Source: Antedon mediterranea
Lineage: Eukaryota; Animalia; Echinodermata
Reading direction: 5' to 3'
Assembly (NCBI RefSeq): GCF_964355755.1
Contig: NC_092670.1
Location: forward strand, 37,002,388 to 37,066,387
Length of the DNA: 64,000 nucleotides
Below the pieces are notes generated by a model. The model did no database searches. It was given only the letters and a program-made list of their open reading frames with translations, and was not told where the DNA came from. Below, piece by piece: positions 62,605 to 64,000 of this stretch (the stretch's first letter is position 1; the number at the start of each line of letters is the position of its first letter). The position numbers and the translations under genes were made by a program.

Positions 62605-64000
62605 TGATTAGCATAATAAACATGCGCAGAGGCGAATAATGGGTTCTGCGCATGTCAATTGTGCTATAGTAACCAGTTTTATCGAAAAATAAAAAGGTCG
62701 AAAATTTGCCATTTTACTTTTGACATAAATGGTTACTATAGCATAATAAACATGCGGAGAGACGAATACTGGGTTCTGCGCATGTCAATTGTGCTATAAT
62801 AACCAGTTTTGACATAAATGGTTACTATAGCATAATAAACATGCGCAGAGTCGACTAATGGTTTCTGCGCATGTTAATTGTGCTATAGTAACCAGTTTTA
62901 TCGAAAAATAAAAAGGTCGAAAATTTGCCATTTTACTTTTGACATAAATGGTTACTATAGCATAATAAACATGCGCAGAGTCGACTAATGGGTTATGCGC
63001 ATGTTAATTGTGCTATAGTAACCAGTTTTATCGAAAAATAAAAAGGTTGAAAATTGACAATTTTTTAAAAAAATCCCTGTACTTATAGTAAAGGGAAATT
63101 TTTGAAACTTATGGCCGATTTTCGACCCTTTTATTTTTCGATAAAAAGGTCGAAAATTTGCCATTTACTTTTGACATAAATGGTTGCTATAGCATAATAA
63201 ACATGCGCAGAGTCGACTAATGGGTTCTGCGCATGTTAATTATGCTATAGTAACCAGTTTTATCGAAAAATAAAAAGGTCGAAAATTTGCCTTTTTTGGA
63301 AAAAATTCCTGTACAGAGAAATTTTTGAAAAATGGCCGATTTTCGACCCTTTTATTTTTTGACATAAATGGTTACTATTGCATAATACACATGCGCAAAG
63401 ACGAATAATGGCTTCTGCGCATGTCAATTGTGCTATAGTAACCAGTTTTGACATAAATGGTTACTATAGCATAATAAACATGCGCAGAGTCGACTAGTGG
63501 TGTCTGCGCATTTTAATTGTGCTATAGTAACCAGTTTTATCGAAAAATAAAAAGGTCGAAAATTGACAATTTTTGAAAAAATTCCTGTACTATTGTACAG
63601 AGAAATTTTAGAGAAATGGCCGATTTTCGACCCATTTATTTATTGACATAAATGGTTACTATTGCATAATAAACAACATGCGCAGAGACGAATACTGGGT
63701 TCTGCGCATGTCAATTGTGCTATAGTAACCAGTTTTGACATAAATGGTTACTATAGCATAATAAACATGCGCAGAGTCGACTAATGGGTTCTGCGCATGT
63801 TAATTGTGCTATAGTAACCAGTTTTATCAAAAAATAAAAAGGACGAAAATTGGCAATTTTTGTGAAAAAATCCCTGTACCAGGCCTATAGTACAGGGAAA
63901 TTTTTGGAAAATGGCCGATTTTCGATCCTTTTATTTTTTGACATAAATGGTTACTATTGCATAATAAACATGCGCAGAGACGAATAATGGGTTCTGCGCA
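62605..64000. repeat. Composite satellite of self-complementary units of about 89 bp (about 10 copies) with palindromic spacers; continues past the window end
   Basis: Unit GACATAAATGGTTACTATAGCATAATAAACATGCGCAGA...TCTGCGCATG..AATTGTGCTATAGTAACCAGTTTT; spacers ATCGAAAAATAAAAAGGTCGAAAAT...ATTTTCGACCCTTTTATTTTT. Confidence 0.9.

Noticed and set aside
62605-64000. CRISPR-like repeat-spacer appearance
   Set aside because: Eukaryotic context, 89-bp repeats, non-unique spacers and no cas genes.

Overview
AT-rich metazoan genomic DNA (an invertebrate, possibly an echinoderm-like deuterostome; this is inference only) with GT-AG introns. Four protein-coding genes were assembled by hand from splice sites and frame phases. 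(1) A minus-strand ADAM-family (M12B/reprolysin) gene built from 54-158 bp exons that the ORF track misses entirely; its HExxHxxGxxH zinc motif is fully degenerate and the gene runs off the window start. (2, 3) Two tandem minus-strand paralogues encoding GAREM-like CABIT + C-terminal SAM proteins (about 955 aa and 542 aa) with identical intron phases. (4) Plus-strand eIF2B delta (EIF2B4; 10 coding exons, 481 aa), head-to-head with the shorter CABIT-SAM gene, with an overlapping uORF and a duplicated splice donor. The remainder is dense in non-autonomous elements (PIF/Harbinger-like, Kolobok-like, P-like and hAT-like MITEs; Deu/Nin- and CORE-type SINEs), minisatellites (21 bp and 51 bp units) and a nested-palindrome satellite at the 3' end. 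It also holds a Penelope-type minimal hammerhead motif, an Asp-rich (GAT)n open frame and a strongly over-represented TAGGCCTA octamer. No rRNA, intact tRNA, CRISPR array or autonomous transposase was seen.
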